Shown: in pieces, positions 39,301 to 53,000 of the stretch
Layout: each line of letters starts with the position of its first letter
Numbering within the stretch: the stretch's first letter is position 1
NCBI GenBank assembly: GCA_046563655.1
Contig: CM102287.1
Coordinates: 4,402,001 to 4,466,000 of the forward strand
Source: Yuukianura sp. NJ FZ-2021
Taxonomy: Eukaryota
DNA length: 64,000 nt
Reading direction: 5' to 3'
Notes under the pieces: generated by a model
The model's database searches: none
The model's input: the letters and a program-made list of their open reading frames with translations, nothing else
What the model was told of the DNA's origin: nothing
Position numbers and translations under genes: made by a program

Positions 39301-42300
39301 CCAAAGTTACCACAGCTCGGTCCAAGGAAAAAGGCCAGAAGGAGAAAGCAAGGGAACTTAAATGAACAAATCTCAACGGACTCAAAATAAACTCAAAGTC
39401 CCATTATGCTCTCCAAACTCTCTCAAAACTCATACAAACAATCAGATGGGGCTCAGGAGAACCTAAAAGAATACAAAAGAGCACCGCCAGAAAGTGAGAA
39501 AACCCACAAGGAAGTGAGAAAATCAGAGAAAAGTGAGGGAAATCTGAACAAAGTCAGGAAATCGCACGTTAGAACCCAAAAACCGATGGAAAAAGAAAAC
39601 CAAAATTCCAAAAATCGCAGAAATCACAAGAAATCAAAAATCTGAAATGGAGAAATCGAGAAAAATACTAAAAATCAAAAATCGCGAAAAACCCAAGAAA
39701 TCAAAAATCGAGTTGAGACAAATTGTGAGAATGAAAAAATCCAGAAAAGGAAAGAAAGCGGTTTGAGTCGATTGAATCTTTTGGTGAATCTTAATTCCAT
39801 ATGCCTCTAAATTCAAACGGTTTTCCTCTTATACTATTTAAATCTTCCCTCTCTAATTTTCTATTGTTTTGTGTGAATCCTATTGTCTCTTCTCCTTAAT
39901 CAACTCCTGCCACCCGCACTCCTTTCACCATCACCTCTTTACTTTAGTTTTAGAGAAAGCACTTGGGTATTCCGTAGGTTTAGTTAAGGAGGAAATGAAG
40001 CCTGGAAGTGAAAGTTAAGAAACGCAGGAGAGCGGGAGAGGTGGGTTTTCCGTACTGTCATCTTCCCACCTCCATTGTTTTACAATTCCAAAACTTCAAC
40101 GGAAGTTGTTCATCATTCCGCTCTTCCGCTCCTACCCTTCCGCTTACTATCTCGCATATGTTTTCAAAAAAAATTGAAAAAAAATAGTTATATTTCGACA
40201 TCGTTTTTAAAAAAAGAAACATACTAACGTTAAGAACCATCCCAACTTTTACAAGTTTGACAGGATCTACATTGACACTTTTCCGTTTCATTTTCAAGAT
40301 TAGGTTCATCAGATCAATTTTCCAATTTAATTTATCAAATTCTATCTTGTACTTGTTTTTCTTTTTGCCAAAAAATAAAAGCAAATTTGTGACTTAAAAA
40401 AACTGAAATGGAGTGGCTTTTCAAAAAATTGAGCATTTTTTTTTTCCAAAAAGTGAAAGTTGGTTTGTCTCCTTCGCTCGTTGTGCATTCCGAGCGCGTG
40501 GAAGGAGACAAGAGGGAAGCTGCTGGGACTTTGAGCTTTTCCCGCTCTTTTTTTTTGTGGAACGTGGAGAAGATGATGAAAGGTTGGCAAATTAATTATG
40601 GGGATAATTTTTTTCCATTCCGTGTGCCTCTCTCCTTCCCTCTGCGTCGCTCTCAGAACAGTGAGGAATGGAGCTTTTAATTAAATCCCATTATAAGATT
40701 CGTGCCAGAAAAATAGGTTCCTGATTAAAAAATTAGTTGGGCCAAGGACTGCTTTTGAGCCTTCAAAAAAGTAGTAAGGAGCGGGAGTAGAGAAAAAAAA
40801 GAAAAGAAAGCTCCGCTCCGTTTCTCCCTGTCGGACCAAGTGAACCGAGAAAAAAAGTGGAAGAAAGTGAGTAACGGAAATGAAGGAAACAAACGAGACT
40901 AAATTAGTCACTCACACTCAAAAGTCACCAGTCACTTTTTTCTTTAGTCTTTCGAAGCACAAATTACAAGGTTTTTTTTTAAATAGAAAGCGAGGGAAAG
41001 TTGAAACTCAGCTTTCCTTCCCCTTGGCCTCCTCATAATCACAGAAAGGCTAATTGACTATTTGTCCTTATTCAGTCACTCATTAACTCTCTTGGTTTTT
41101 CCTTGTGTAAAGACAATAGAAAATCGGAAGGAGGGGGAGGAGGAGGGGAATTGAAACTCTCAGAGTAAAAGTTTCAAGTTTGTGACTCGAACAAATTGGA
41201 CTTTCCGTTTTCTCCGTGAAACACGCAAAAGTGAAAACTAATCCAAAAATAGTTGAGAGACAGAGAGAAAAATTGACACTTTAGAACTAAATTTTCCACT
41301 CTCCTGCAACTCTCAGTTTGAAAAACTCAATTTTCCTCTTAATTTCATTTGTGGAATCTAAAACTTTAAAAAACACTTCTACATTACTCAGAAATTCAAA
41401 TTTTGGAAGCCAAAATTTCAAAAAATGCTCAGCAATCTTTGCGGAGCCTGATTTTCTTAAACCTGTCAATCTTTCAAAATTTCAAGTTTTTCTAAAAAGT
41501 ACTTTTCGAAATTTTGTTTGAAAAAGTGAAAATGCGAGTTTAGATGATATGGAAAGCGACAGAGCTGAACCTTGGCTCCGTCACTGTTTGGTGAGCATCA
41601 TGTCAACTGGAGTGAAAGTGTCGTTGTGCCGTTGAACCGAAAAGAAAATCAAATAAATTTCTCTCCATTTCTTTTCCTGTCACTCGATTTCTCGAGTGAA
41701 GGTTTCCGGAAAGCAGAAAGTTCTACAGGTTAAGGTTAACTTCTTTTCAAATTCCACCGCGCGCCAAACTTCAATTTAAAATACTTCACCAAACCTCAAA
41801 GAATAGCCATAAGAGGTAGAAAGGCCAAACTAATGCACCCCTCGTCATAGAGTTTTTATGAATAGGTTTAGATATGGAACCAATCAGGCTCTATGAGTCT
41901 GAATCCAACCGCCAATCAAATCGTACGAGTCTGAGTCCGTGTATCACCATATATCCGGTGATGGCGGGAAGAGAAATCACTCCACATTACACCTAAGCTA
42001 TACCAGCGGTCACCCCACTGAAAACCCCACTCATCCAAATCTCACGGCTTCGGTGAAACTCGTGAGGCCGAGTAAACATCGGAGAGGGGGGGAGCTGAGG
42101 GGAAGAGAAAGTTTTCATAAACACTTTTCTCCACCCTTTGGCCTTTCTACCTCTTATGGCTATTCTTTGACCAAACCTTAAATCAAAAACTTTCGAACTT
42201 TCTCCCCCCAAAAATCTCCTCGAGATGACCGCAACTTTTTGTCCGTAAAAACAAACAACTTTTCTCTCTCCTCGTAAACTACAGAGTAAGTAGCACCTTG

Positions 42301-42464
42301 GATCTCTTCGCAAGCCAATTTTATAAGGTTGTGAGTTCAAATCTTACCTTCGTCAATCGTGAGCGGACCAGAAGGAGATGGCGGTGAGTCTCGGAGGTCA
42401 TCAGAGGTCGTCGTCGTGGAAGGATCCAGAACTGGATGACTCTTGTGTTTGCCCAGCTCCGTTT
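15259..42464 (-). CDS. zfh1: Zinc-finger homeodomain protein zfh1/ZEB, 5'-partial (~959 aa visible); exons 42464-42348, 20277-20039, 19707-19612, 19488-19444, 18784-18659, 17985-17667, 17591-16929, 16824-16646, 16536-16228, 16127-15542, 15461-15259
   Basis: N-terminal C2H2 cluster ([80 protein letters not shown]). SBD-like [16 protein letters not shown], homeodomain (RKVRVRS...[15 protein letters not shown]) and CtBP motif PLDLS. C-terminal ZF cluster ending [19 protein letters not shown]. All introns are GT-AG with consistent phase; stop TGA at 15261-15259. Confidence 0.95.
27438..27522. repeat. 42-bp tandem duplication
   Basis: gaaatagttactccctccaac... occurs twice with period 42. Confidence 0.75.
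29209..29290 (-). pseudogene. Degenerate tRNA-derived fragment (tRNA pseudogene or SINE head)
   Basis: The minus strand reads ...ggcgcggtgctttaaatttgagcatttcggggaatcacgaGTTCGAATCCcactaccgCCA: a B box/T loop and a tRNA-Leu/Ser-like 3' end. The 5' acceptor stem and D arm are not intact. Confidence 0.5.
30303..30343. repeat. (AT)n microsatellite, ~20 units
   Basis: Perfect atatat run. Confidence 0.97.
32577..32770. repeat. Degenerate ~28-33 bp minisatellite, about 6 units
   Basis: Recurring agcttcatgt...tttcaaaaaagt. Confidence 0.75.
42348..42464 (-). CDS. zfh1: Distal 117-nt coding exon of zfh1 ([38 protein letters not shown])
   Basis: Acceptor gtctttttctAG and donor AAG|GTAAGA. The frame is open and phase 1-1, matching the phase-1 acceptor at 20277. 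GC is higher than in the flanks. Confidence 0.7.
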
Positions 42465-45400
42465 CTAGAAAAAGACACAAACAGACAAAGTAATTAGTTT
42501 GAGAGGATCCAGAAGATGATTGGACATCTTTTCATTAGCGCCTCCACTCATCTCCAAGGTGACACTTTTACTCCCCCTCCCCCAGAGTCATCTTATGTCA
42601 CCCCCCCCCCCTCCAGAAGTCATTTTGTACTGCCCAGATATGATCAGAAAAGAAACAGAAACAGTTTTTGAAGTTGGGGTGGTGGGTTTATGCGGGGCGA
42701 CGGGGCATTTGGCCTCTGTTTTTTGTGGAAGTGCAGGAGAAAGCACTTGAGCAAAAAGTCTTATCCCTTCACTCCCAATTCCTTTCCACTTATCAGACCA
42801 GGGCATCTAATATTTCTCTCCTCCCCACCCCCAAAAAGAAGCAGGGGACTGAGCAAATGACTTCCCCCGCCCCCATCCAACTACGAGAACCAGGGGAATG
42901 TCACATACTTTCTCCAGTTGGGCCCTCCTCCTCCCAGGGAAATGTGTGAGGGTATTTCAGTTGCAATGCACAGAAGAGCCAACACAAAGCCTGCATTAGG
43001 CCTAATTTATTGAGTCCAAGAAAAGCTTCATTTGCAAAAAAGCTTTTTCTTTTTTCTGCTCTCTGCTCATAGCCTTTCGTGAATTGGTTCAAATTGTGGA
43101 AATGGCTTATTTGACTACGGTAGGGAGTAGAACCTACAAGAAAGGAACCCTAATGCAATTGAGAATAGAGTGAGGAACACAATGGAACTTATGAAAAGAA
43201 AGCTCATCGTATCAGGTCTCTTAGCCCATTGGAAATGGCACAAAAGTTAGCTCAGATGAGACCATCTTTACATTATGCTTCAATCCCGCCCATGGTTGGG
43301 CTCTGAGTTTCAAACCGGTACGAGCCAATGCCAAACCGGTATTTATACACGTCCTTGGCATTATTAACAATCAGACCGGTAACGTCAGCTTCAAAAAACT
43401 TCAAAAAAACAAAAATCGGCAGAAATCACAACCGAACAAAAAATAATTTCAAAAAAGTTAGAAAGAAGCTAGGAATTTTGTACTTAGGTTAACTACATTT
43501 GCAGCAAGCCCAGAGACTTAGCAAAGGAAACCAAGAAAAAGAGTTTTTTTTATTTCATTTTTTTAAAATTATTTTTATAATTCTGTGTTTCAGTAAACTT
43601 TCGGAGAAACTTGAGTTTTGATTTTGCATTTTCGATATTCCTGTCGATTTGAAACCCACACCGTTTCGTTTTCGTTCTGGACTAGTGTCGATCCCTGTTC
43701 CCGTTGGCCTCGAGTTGAACAAATTTATGACACTGTACGTTGCCGCATACATTAGAAGCAGTAAGGAGATGGAGTGAAAGTCTCTTTATATGATTTTCAC
43801 TCCAGTGAGGAAGAGGAGGCTGAATTCCACCTCAGCTTCTCTCCTTACCTCCTCCCTACCTCCCTTAACTTTCAGATTGAATTTATTCTTTTATGAATTT
43901 TAAAACATTCATGCATGCATACGTGCTCCTCATAATAAAAATTCATTGGAAGCTCAGGGAAGGAGAATGATGCATTCTTATTTAGCCTTCAACCAACTGG
44001 AACGTAAAACTTCCTTTCTCTCTCCCCTACTCTCATCAAGAGAGAAACACAGAAAGCGCCGAAATTTAAATTCGAGCAACAAATAATCACAAATTCCAAA
44101 ATTCAAAGGATCGAACCGATAAGCTACAAAGTCAGAAGAAAAGTAAAAGGAGAAAGCAATAATCTCAAACTGGGTCAAACGAATTTTAACCAAGCGTAAA
44201 ACCTTTTGTCTACAAAAAACCAAAATACAAAAATCTCGACTAAAACTAGTCAAGGAAAAGAGTTTTTTGAACTTAAGAAGCCACTTTCGAAATTTCAGTA
44301 ATTTCAAATCTCCAAACCATAAGCAGTCAACCGAAAACCAATTCAGGCTAAATTCTTTGCTCAATTGCTGTAAATCTTTGACAAAAATTCGGAAAAAAAT
44401 CGTTTTCGCTTTTTAGAAGTTAGAATTCTGAGGAATAGAAGAAATCTAACCTAGCTTTTTTTGTCGTTTTTTCTGAACTTTGGGCGGAAACGTTTCTCTT
44501 TTTTTTTGTAACTTGGCGTGTGAAAGTCTTTCTAATTTGTTCGCATTTACTTTTGTTGGTTGAGAAAAGCAAAGGAAAAGACAGGAAGGAGAGCAGGAGA
44601 AAAGTCGGAGGAGCAAACAATGAATTTTTTGTTCCAGAGCTGGGCTGACAGGCTGTTGAATTCCAAACAGGAAGAAGAAAGAAGAAAAAGCACAAAGATC
44701 CGTGTGAAGCAAAAGAAGAAAAAAGCGGTATTTGCATGAGCGATTCTACAATCAAATAAATTGCACTTTTCCCGTTCCATGTCACACGACTAATCCCCAG
44801 CTACCCGCCTTTTTTTCTTCTCTTTCTCTCTGATTTCTTTCAGTCACCAATTGAACCTCCAATCTTCCCATTATCTTCACATTCCTCCCCAATTCCACTC
44901 AACCTGTCACTCAACACCCAAACCAATTTCAGAATTTCACAACACAAAAAACAACACCAGTTTCAAAATTTCAGAAAACTTTCTCTCAAAATCTCAAAAA
45001 ATCCTTTTCGAGATTTCTGTAAGACAGAATTTACAATCTCAGAATTTTACAGACGAAGATTAACTTGTGCACAGACGAAAAAAAGTGCTATACTGTACAC
45101 ACTTTTTTTTGGAGAGGCACAATATTGTGCACAGTGTACACTTAAGTTAGAGGAGCATCAAAAATCCAGATTGTGCTATCCGATTTCTATCTTTTGAGTT
45201 GAAATTTGAAAGATATGAGTTTCTGCAACCATTGCATTTTTATTTCCTCATTGTACAGAGGAAAGTTGAACATTAAATGGACTTGACGCCATTTTTATAG
45301 AATCCACTCTCCCTGCATATCAACAAAACAGAAGCATACCCCCTTCTAACCCTACAACCTCCAAACTATTATTTATTAAACGACCCAATTCCCTTTTCCA

Positions 45401-46679
45401 AAAAACATAAAAACACAAGGAAAAGAGAAAGCGATTTCGAAACATCTTGGAAAAATAATCCTTTCGATACGGATCCAATATCCTCCTCAAATGTAAATGT
45501 AATACACCCACAATCCAAATTGTCTAACACTGACCCCAAACCAGGCCACGTTTCACCAAAAACACCGAATTACAAAAATTTCCCCCTCAAAAGACAACTT
45601 TTTGGTCAAACTTTACAATTTTTCTCGAAATACACAACTTTTCAACAAGAATTCAAAATTTCTCCCTCAAATCCACACTTTACAATTTATGATACACGCT
45701 CTGCAAAAACTTGGAATTTGTGCATTTTTTTTTATATTTTGTGTTAAGTTTTTTAAAAAAGTGAATCATTGGCTGTTGGATTCATGAAGAGCCTATTTTC
45801 CCTTCAAGCAGATTCGTTCTCACCTGAATTTTGCATTAGGCGTAAGGTGGTTGGCTCCACCTGTTGATCTCTGAGTCTCCACCTCCACTTCAGTTTACAC
45901 ACTTCCCACTTAGCACAGCTTCCTACAGGTAACATCTACTCTGTTCCACCACTACAAACTCTCTGCCTCAAAATTTCAAATCTCAAACTCAAAATTTCAG
46001 AAATTACCGCTCCTGCTCTCCTTTGCCAAGAACATAAAGATGCTTGCCTTCCTTTGTCTCGTACAAGGTCAAAGGGCGGACAGGAGAGAGACACCACCTT
46101 ATCCCAAAGTACAGAAAAACAACGAAATCTCTGAGATCTGAAGGAGCCCTTAAGGGCCTAACCAAACAGCCAAAGGCCGAGATGACTCAGCGGAGGCCAA
46201 AGGTTGCAACTAACCCACCTACCCTTTCCAATCATCAACCTTCCATCTCTCCACCTAACGCTAGGCCAAAGCCTATGTTAAAGTTAGGCTAAACCCTAAC
46301 TTCAACTTAAACAAAAGGGACACAGAGGTCATCTTCCCATGATTACTCACTCTAAGGACCCGAAAAGAGACTTAAGGGCTCTCTCAGTGTCAGCAGGGAG
46401 TCAGAAGACATAAACACTTTTACAACCAAACAGAATCTTCGTTCTTCAAGGTTAGAACAATGGCCTCCTCACATCTTCACTCAAAATGGACGCCAACGTA
46501 TTAACAAAAGAGGAGCGAACATTGTACTTCAACCTTCTTCTTTTAAAATTTAGCGTTACAAAAAATGATACTGTAACCTTCCAAAGGTTTCTGTTCAAAG
46601 ACGCCAACGCCAAAATCCATGCTGCTACAACCAAAACTTCAGTTGGCTAGATTTTCATTTTCGGATTTTGAATTCTCTA

Positions 46680-47075
46680 ATTCTCACTCTCTCAACAAAA
46701 AATAAATTTTCAAAAACTAACTTCCATTTTTGAAGTCATTCTAGTATCATCAGTCAAACTGTAAAAACCTACATTTGGAAAAACGTAGGTCAAAAAAAGA
46801 AAAACAAACTGAACGGCATACAACCTTTGCAGAATAAAAATTTCTGAAACCGTTGCAACCCAGAGCTTTTCAATTTCCTAAATTTTGAGTTTCAGATTGT
46901 CGATTCTCACTTAACAAAACAGAAATGAATTTTCAAAAACTAACTTTCACTTTTGAAAACGAGAGAAATCTCTCAAGTAAACTGTAAAAATACATTTGGA
47001 AACATGTAGCTCAAAAACCGCAAAAAAATGAACGGTGTAGAACCTTTGCAAATGGAAAATTTCTGAAACCGCTGA
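46680..47075. repeat. Diverged ~220-bp tandem duplication
   Basis: Collinear shared blocks attttcaaaaactaact, aactgtaaaaa..tacatttggaaa, tgaacgg, aacctttgca and aaatttctgaaaccg. Confidence 0.75.
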
Positions 47076-50000
47076 AGAACGATGAACATTTTTTCAAACA
47101 ATTCAAAATGTTATTTTTGGGTTGAAAATTCTTATAGTTTGGACACGAAAAAGAGAGTTCTGATTGATCATGTTAAAGTTGAGACAGAAAATTTAGACGC
47201 TCGTGTGGAAAATTTTTAGTTTTCATAAAATTCTGCCTCTTGAGTGGAAAATTTCGAGTTTTGAGTTGAAATTTCTAGTTTTTGGGAAATGGAAGTTTAG
47301 TGAAGGTGTTGATGTTGGGTTTGAGTGATGTTAAGTGTTGAGTGTTTAGAGCCAGGTTTTCTTTTGAGTCTGAGAAGTGAGAGGTTGGTGAGACTTTGAG
47401 AGTTTGGAAAGTCATTGTTTGCTCTGAGAAAGTGAGAAAGTGGAGAGAGTCCTCCAGAACTCTCTTCGAAAGGCGCCAAAATTCCATTAACTTTCTTTGT
47501 CCAAGGATTTAAGATCTCAAAAGGCACCTGAATGGCAGATGGACGCAGAGACTGCTGGGAACTACTTCATTTCCTCCCTCAAGTGGAGGAAACAACGCCT
47601 TTTCTCCATTACCTCCGAGGTGCTCTCTCACCACTCTCTAAGTTCCAAATCTTGTTAGCACGGATCATGCCAGTTCTCCCCGAATGTCGCCAATGTCGCC
47701 AGTACAAGGAGAAAGTGTCGTCAGGGAAGCGGCAGGGGAAGGCTTTGTTCTTGTTCTGCTGGAAACAAGGCGGCAGGTGTCTTTGTTCTCTCCTCACAAT
47801 TACAACGGAACCTAAGTGCAATGACATGTCCACAACAAAATCACCTAAGTTAAAGAAACCTAACGTAATCCGAACTAACCTTGGCCTAACTTGAAGTACT
47901 GACAATCTAACGTAAATGCAACACAACCTGAACGTTTCAAACCGTCCGCGCAAAATTCTCCGCCGACAGTTCATCCACGACGTGAAGTCCTCCTAATTAT
48001 TTGCTTTAACTCCATTAACCTTTTCAACTTTTTTTTTGAAATTTTACTCTTCGAACTTTCCAAATTTAGTCGCGTACATCTACGTCGCACTCCTCACAAT
48101 TTTTTGATTTTTTTTCATGAAAAGTGAAATGCGAATGCCGTAAAATCTTTGGGTATTTTTTTTTCACGTTTTGACATTGCAAAAACACAACTTTGTGCAG
48201 TTTTTTGTTTTGTTTTCGTTAGACAAGTGGAACTACCTTCAGAGCATAATTTTGGCGGGAGACAGGAGAAACCCTAAGTTGTGTTACCTAAAACCTACTT
48301 TCTGCGCCGCAATTCCCTTTCTCCTAGTAACTTTCTCCATAAACTTCGTATTGACAAGGCTAAAGAGGAAATAGCGGCCGTAAGTTTGAGAGAGAGAGTT
48401 TGTTCTTCCAATAATTCACCACCACAAATCGCCACTTTAAGCCGGCTTATAAAAAACAACACAAATTCATCATCATTCATCTCCTAATCCGCTCAACACC
48501 AAAACCGTTCCTCTACTTTCTCCTTTCCCTCCCAGCAGTAGTACTCAATTCCCTTTTTTTTTTTCAAAATTTTACAGAAATTTAACAAAAAAGTTTAATT
48601 CCATTAAGCTTCCCTTCTCTCTTTTTTTGGAAACTATCCCAGGGTATATGAGAAAGTCAAAAACAATAGAATTTACAACGAAAGCTCCTTAATGACAAAC
48701 CGAGAAAAGAAAAAGTGTTACTTCTCTAGTGAGTTTAAGACGACAGACGAACGAACCAATCCCGTTCTTTATTTATATTTTACGACAGGATTAGCCATAA
48801 TTTCCGTTTCTTTTGTTTTATTTTTACACGCTTTTGTTTCACTCTCCCAAAAGTAAAACATAACACTCTCCAAAATATAAAAATAGTAAATAAAAATAAA
48901 ATTTACACTTGACAAAACACGAAACAGTGCTAATACGCAGCATTACAAAAATTATTCTCAAAATCCCACAAAATTAACATTTTCAAAAAAGAGAGCAGGA
49001 AGCTTTCCCCAAGGAAAGCCATTAGACTTTCTCTTTCTCTCCTTTTTACAAATGCACAAAGTTTCCGTTGCATACAAATGATGTTTCTCCTTGGCTAATT
49101 TTAATTGGAAACCACATTTGCATTTGGCCAAGGAAGAAGAAGTCGAAAAACCAAAAACCAAAAACTTTAGTTCCAAAACTGTTTTCATTTCAAGAAAATT
49201 TCGAAAGTAGAAACGGAGCTCTGCCAGGGACACGCCAGCGCAGCAACTGGCGACGGCACGTCTAAATTACAGTGAACAAAACTTTCACTTTTTTTTTTAC
49301 TTTCGTCCCCTCTCTGCTTAAACGTCTTCACTCCCTGAGCAGTTCTAATTAAAAGGAAGAGGGCGGGAAAGAGAAAAAAATCATCGAGATGTTCCACGTA
49401 ATTGAATTATTTCTTATGACTTTTTTCCCGCCCAAACACCATCTTCTTTATATAACATAGCATCTTGTGCTCCTAGCTCCATTCAACCTGATTGACATCC
49501 TCATAAGACTACCAAATTCAAATAAAAATCAACATTTTTCTCTGAACACAAGAGAAAAACCAGCAGCAGGAGTTGTGACAGGTTCTTTGTTGAGAAATTT
49601 TTTTCAGAAAAAAAATCCGGGGAAAGAACAATGGGTTTGGGTTGAAAAGAAAAAAGAAATTTCATAACCTGTCTCTCAATTTGGAATAAAAAGCTTTTGA
49701 CAGGCCCCTATGAAGAGTCAATTCGATTAACCTTTTGCATTATTCCAATTTTTCTGGAAAAGAGAAGAAAAACAACGAAATGTGAACATGCGCTTGTCAA
49801 AGTAAAAGTGAAAGCATATGAAAAATTCCAGAGTGAAAATCACATGAAAATCACAACTTAAGATTTAGTACCTTGGTTGGTGACAGGAACAAACAAACCA
49901 ACCACAAATCACTCAACTTTTGAACATTTCCATCTTCATGTTAAGGACGGGAGTGACAACAACGAAAATTCAAAAAAAAAATCTCATATCCAACATTCTT

Positions 50001-53000
50001 TCCTTTCAAAATTTTGAATATTCATTTATAATTTCAGTCCAACAAGGTCTCAGTTCGCACAGGTCGTTCTGAAGGACTCTAATACACAAAAAATTAAAAC
50101 CCTTTTAAGGACGGGTAAGAGGCAGCGTTTGTTTACGATTTGGTGTCAGCTATTGCCGTTAGTAACAAAGCAAAATCACTGCTCAAACTTGCAAAAGTCG
50201 GCACTGTTTCCAATGGTTGACAAACCAAAGTTTTTCGTAGGATAGTAATTCAAACAACCATGGGTTCAACAACAACTTTGTGCCCATGGAGACGGTTGAA
50301 TTCAGTGCCGATATTTGCAAATTATTGAATTATGTCAGAATTACATCTGTTTTGTCTTATAACTTTTTTACTATAAGACCTAAAAATGCGTTTAATATGT
50401 CTAAAAATCCGAAAGACCATGGCACATAAGTTATATTTACCAAATTCCCGAAGTTTTGTATCATAACAGGCTTAGAAAAAAATGAACGTTGTATGCAATT
50501 TTTAACCTCATTCCAGAACAAAAAGGCAAATTCTGAGAAATATAACTTATTCTACTGATAATAACGAATTTTTAGAGTCCTCGTACACATTTCTGCGTTA
50601 TTCCTGTGAATACTTATAGGGCCCTAAAGTTAATTAATTTGAGCCGAAACGAGACCCACCGTTGCCATGTGTGATTCCTTCTTAAGCTCTAATTTCTTTC
50701 CAAAAATTTGAAATCCAAAACTGAAAATTCTGGAATATTTTTTTATTTGTTTTCATGTTTTCATTTTCGATAAATTTTTCACTTGTATCTCTTTATTCCA
50801 AAATGCCATACTTTAGGTACTGTGTTTGCTAAAATCTGCTGCGCATGGCAGGACAAATTGTAACTTTTACATTTCTCAACGTAAGATTTACGGACGTAAA
50901 ATTTACGTCTGAAAACGTAAAAGTCAAGGAGAGTTCGGATGTCAAGCTTCAACTGAAGTTCGCTTCAGTCAAGGCAAGAGGTGTGCAATTAGGAGAAATC
51001 TCATAAAAGTTGATCCGCTGTCACCCGCGTTTCAGCTCCAAATTTGTCTTCCCTGTAACTGCACCCCTTAATTCCTACGTTCCCTCCTCACTTTCTTTTT
51101 AATGAATCCCACTTTCACTTTTGGTGCCTTAACTAAAACTACAGAAAGTTAAGGCTCCTTCCAGGAACTGCGGAATCCCTTAAGTCCCCCTCCTCATTCC
51201 CATTCCACTTTTCCTCTCCGTTTGACCCAAACCTTAAGACCCTATCAAATCAAGAACAGCTCAGGCGCAGCGATTCCAGCGCTCCCTCTCCTCTCCCTTA
51301 ATCGTACACATTCATTAGGCCTGGCTATAGTAAGTTAAAGTACAACTAAAGTACCACGAGAGCAGCTGAAACACAATGATCAATTAGGAGATATTTAATT
51401 ACAAAAGAACAATGGACAACTTTTCTCCCGGGAAAAAAAGAAACAAAGGCAACCGCCTAGCCCTAATTCTACCAATTTTTCACTTTGAGAATTAAATGTT
51501 TCGTAAAAGAAAAAGTTCAGAGCTGGTTTTTCGAAATGAGCTTTTTATGAGCCCAATTCTTTTTCTTTCTTTTTTTCATTACAACCTCCACTTACAGTTT
51601 CGCTTTTTTAAATTGTTTTTTCAATTTTCTTGTTCTTCTTTCTTTTTCTAGAAAAGTGGAAGTGTGCAATAAAACTTTTTTTAGGTTTTGAAAAATTTCC
51701 ACTTTAGTTTTTCAAAATTTGTACTTCCTGTAAAAAGGTGTCACCGTCAGCACACTGTGACCCAGATGGAATCAATTGGTACGGAAAAAAAAGTTTTCCT
51801 GTTGCCAAAAATACTAAAAAGTACAAGAGAGGAAAAACAGTTTTTGAAACATTTTTCCTCCTGGTTTTTTATTTGAACTTTTTTTGTTATGTTTTGGCAC
51901 TGGTGTGAGTGGAGTGTATCTCATGCGACTAAATGGCTCGACTTGCTTCTAAAAAAAATAAGACTCATCCTTGTCTTGATAAGTATGAAAGAGGATAATA
52001 AATTCAAGTGGGATGTTCCGTCGAGCCTCATTGGATTCAATGTATAACTATGACAAACATGTGTCATAATACCACTAGTGTAATAGTTACTCCCACCAAT
52101 GCTTAACCTTAACCGTAAGTGAACAGAATACTCAGCAGGAATTTCTGTGGAAAGCACCTGAAAGCTCTTAAAACCTTCAACAAACCGTTTTCGAAATTCT
52201 AAAATTTCTGTTTAAAAAATATTTTCTAAAAACTTTTTCAGTTTTTAAAACAATTTTCCACGGCTCAAATCTCGAGTGAAAAATGATTGAAATTAGAAAA
52301 ACAAGCCGACATGAGCACTAGACACAATTTAATAAAAATTCTCAAAATTCTAATCTTCCGTGAAATGGTTTTCGAATGTTTTCCAGACTTTGGTTTTGAG
52401 ATTTAAAAAAATGAAATATGAAATCAAAACAAGCAATAACTTCATTCACACAATTTTTGCTAGTTTCCCTACAAACGTAAGCTATACTGAGAACTTTAAA
52501 TTTTCTGTGAAAATCCCAAGTTTCAAAATTTTTAAAAACTGTGAGTGGCGCATTTGAAATTTGACTTTGAGCAAGTCGTTAGGGAGAAGGCAGACAACAA
52601 TGGACAGAGTAAGAAGTGTTGTTGACCAAGGGAAAAGACATTCGCTGTCTGGTTGTCCCTCCAGGAAGTTACTCCCGCCATTAGCCACTCCAAATTACAT
52701 TCTGGACTGGCCCCCAGCCAAATTCAACACAAACACCCAACATCAATTCCAAATCACTTTCACCCACTTTCCCCTTCACTCAACGTTTCCTTGGCCTGAC
52801 ACTCCCTTTCTCCCCCGCCCCTCTTCTTCCAGGTATTGTACTTCGGACGGACACTAATCTTAATTGATGCCCACACAAACCCCCCAACCCCCTGCAGTCT
52901 CCAATCCATCATCCCCCAACAACAATGAGACGGATTAGGGTGACAGCAATCCAGAAAAGGCAGCCGATTAATGATGGTCAGCGTGTCATTATGCCCATCA

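Noticed and set aside
48295..48960. Possible zfh1 first exon or promoter (MNDDEF... ORF)
   Set aside because: No good phase-1 donor and no recognisable zfh1 N-terminal sequence.
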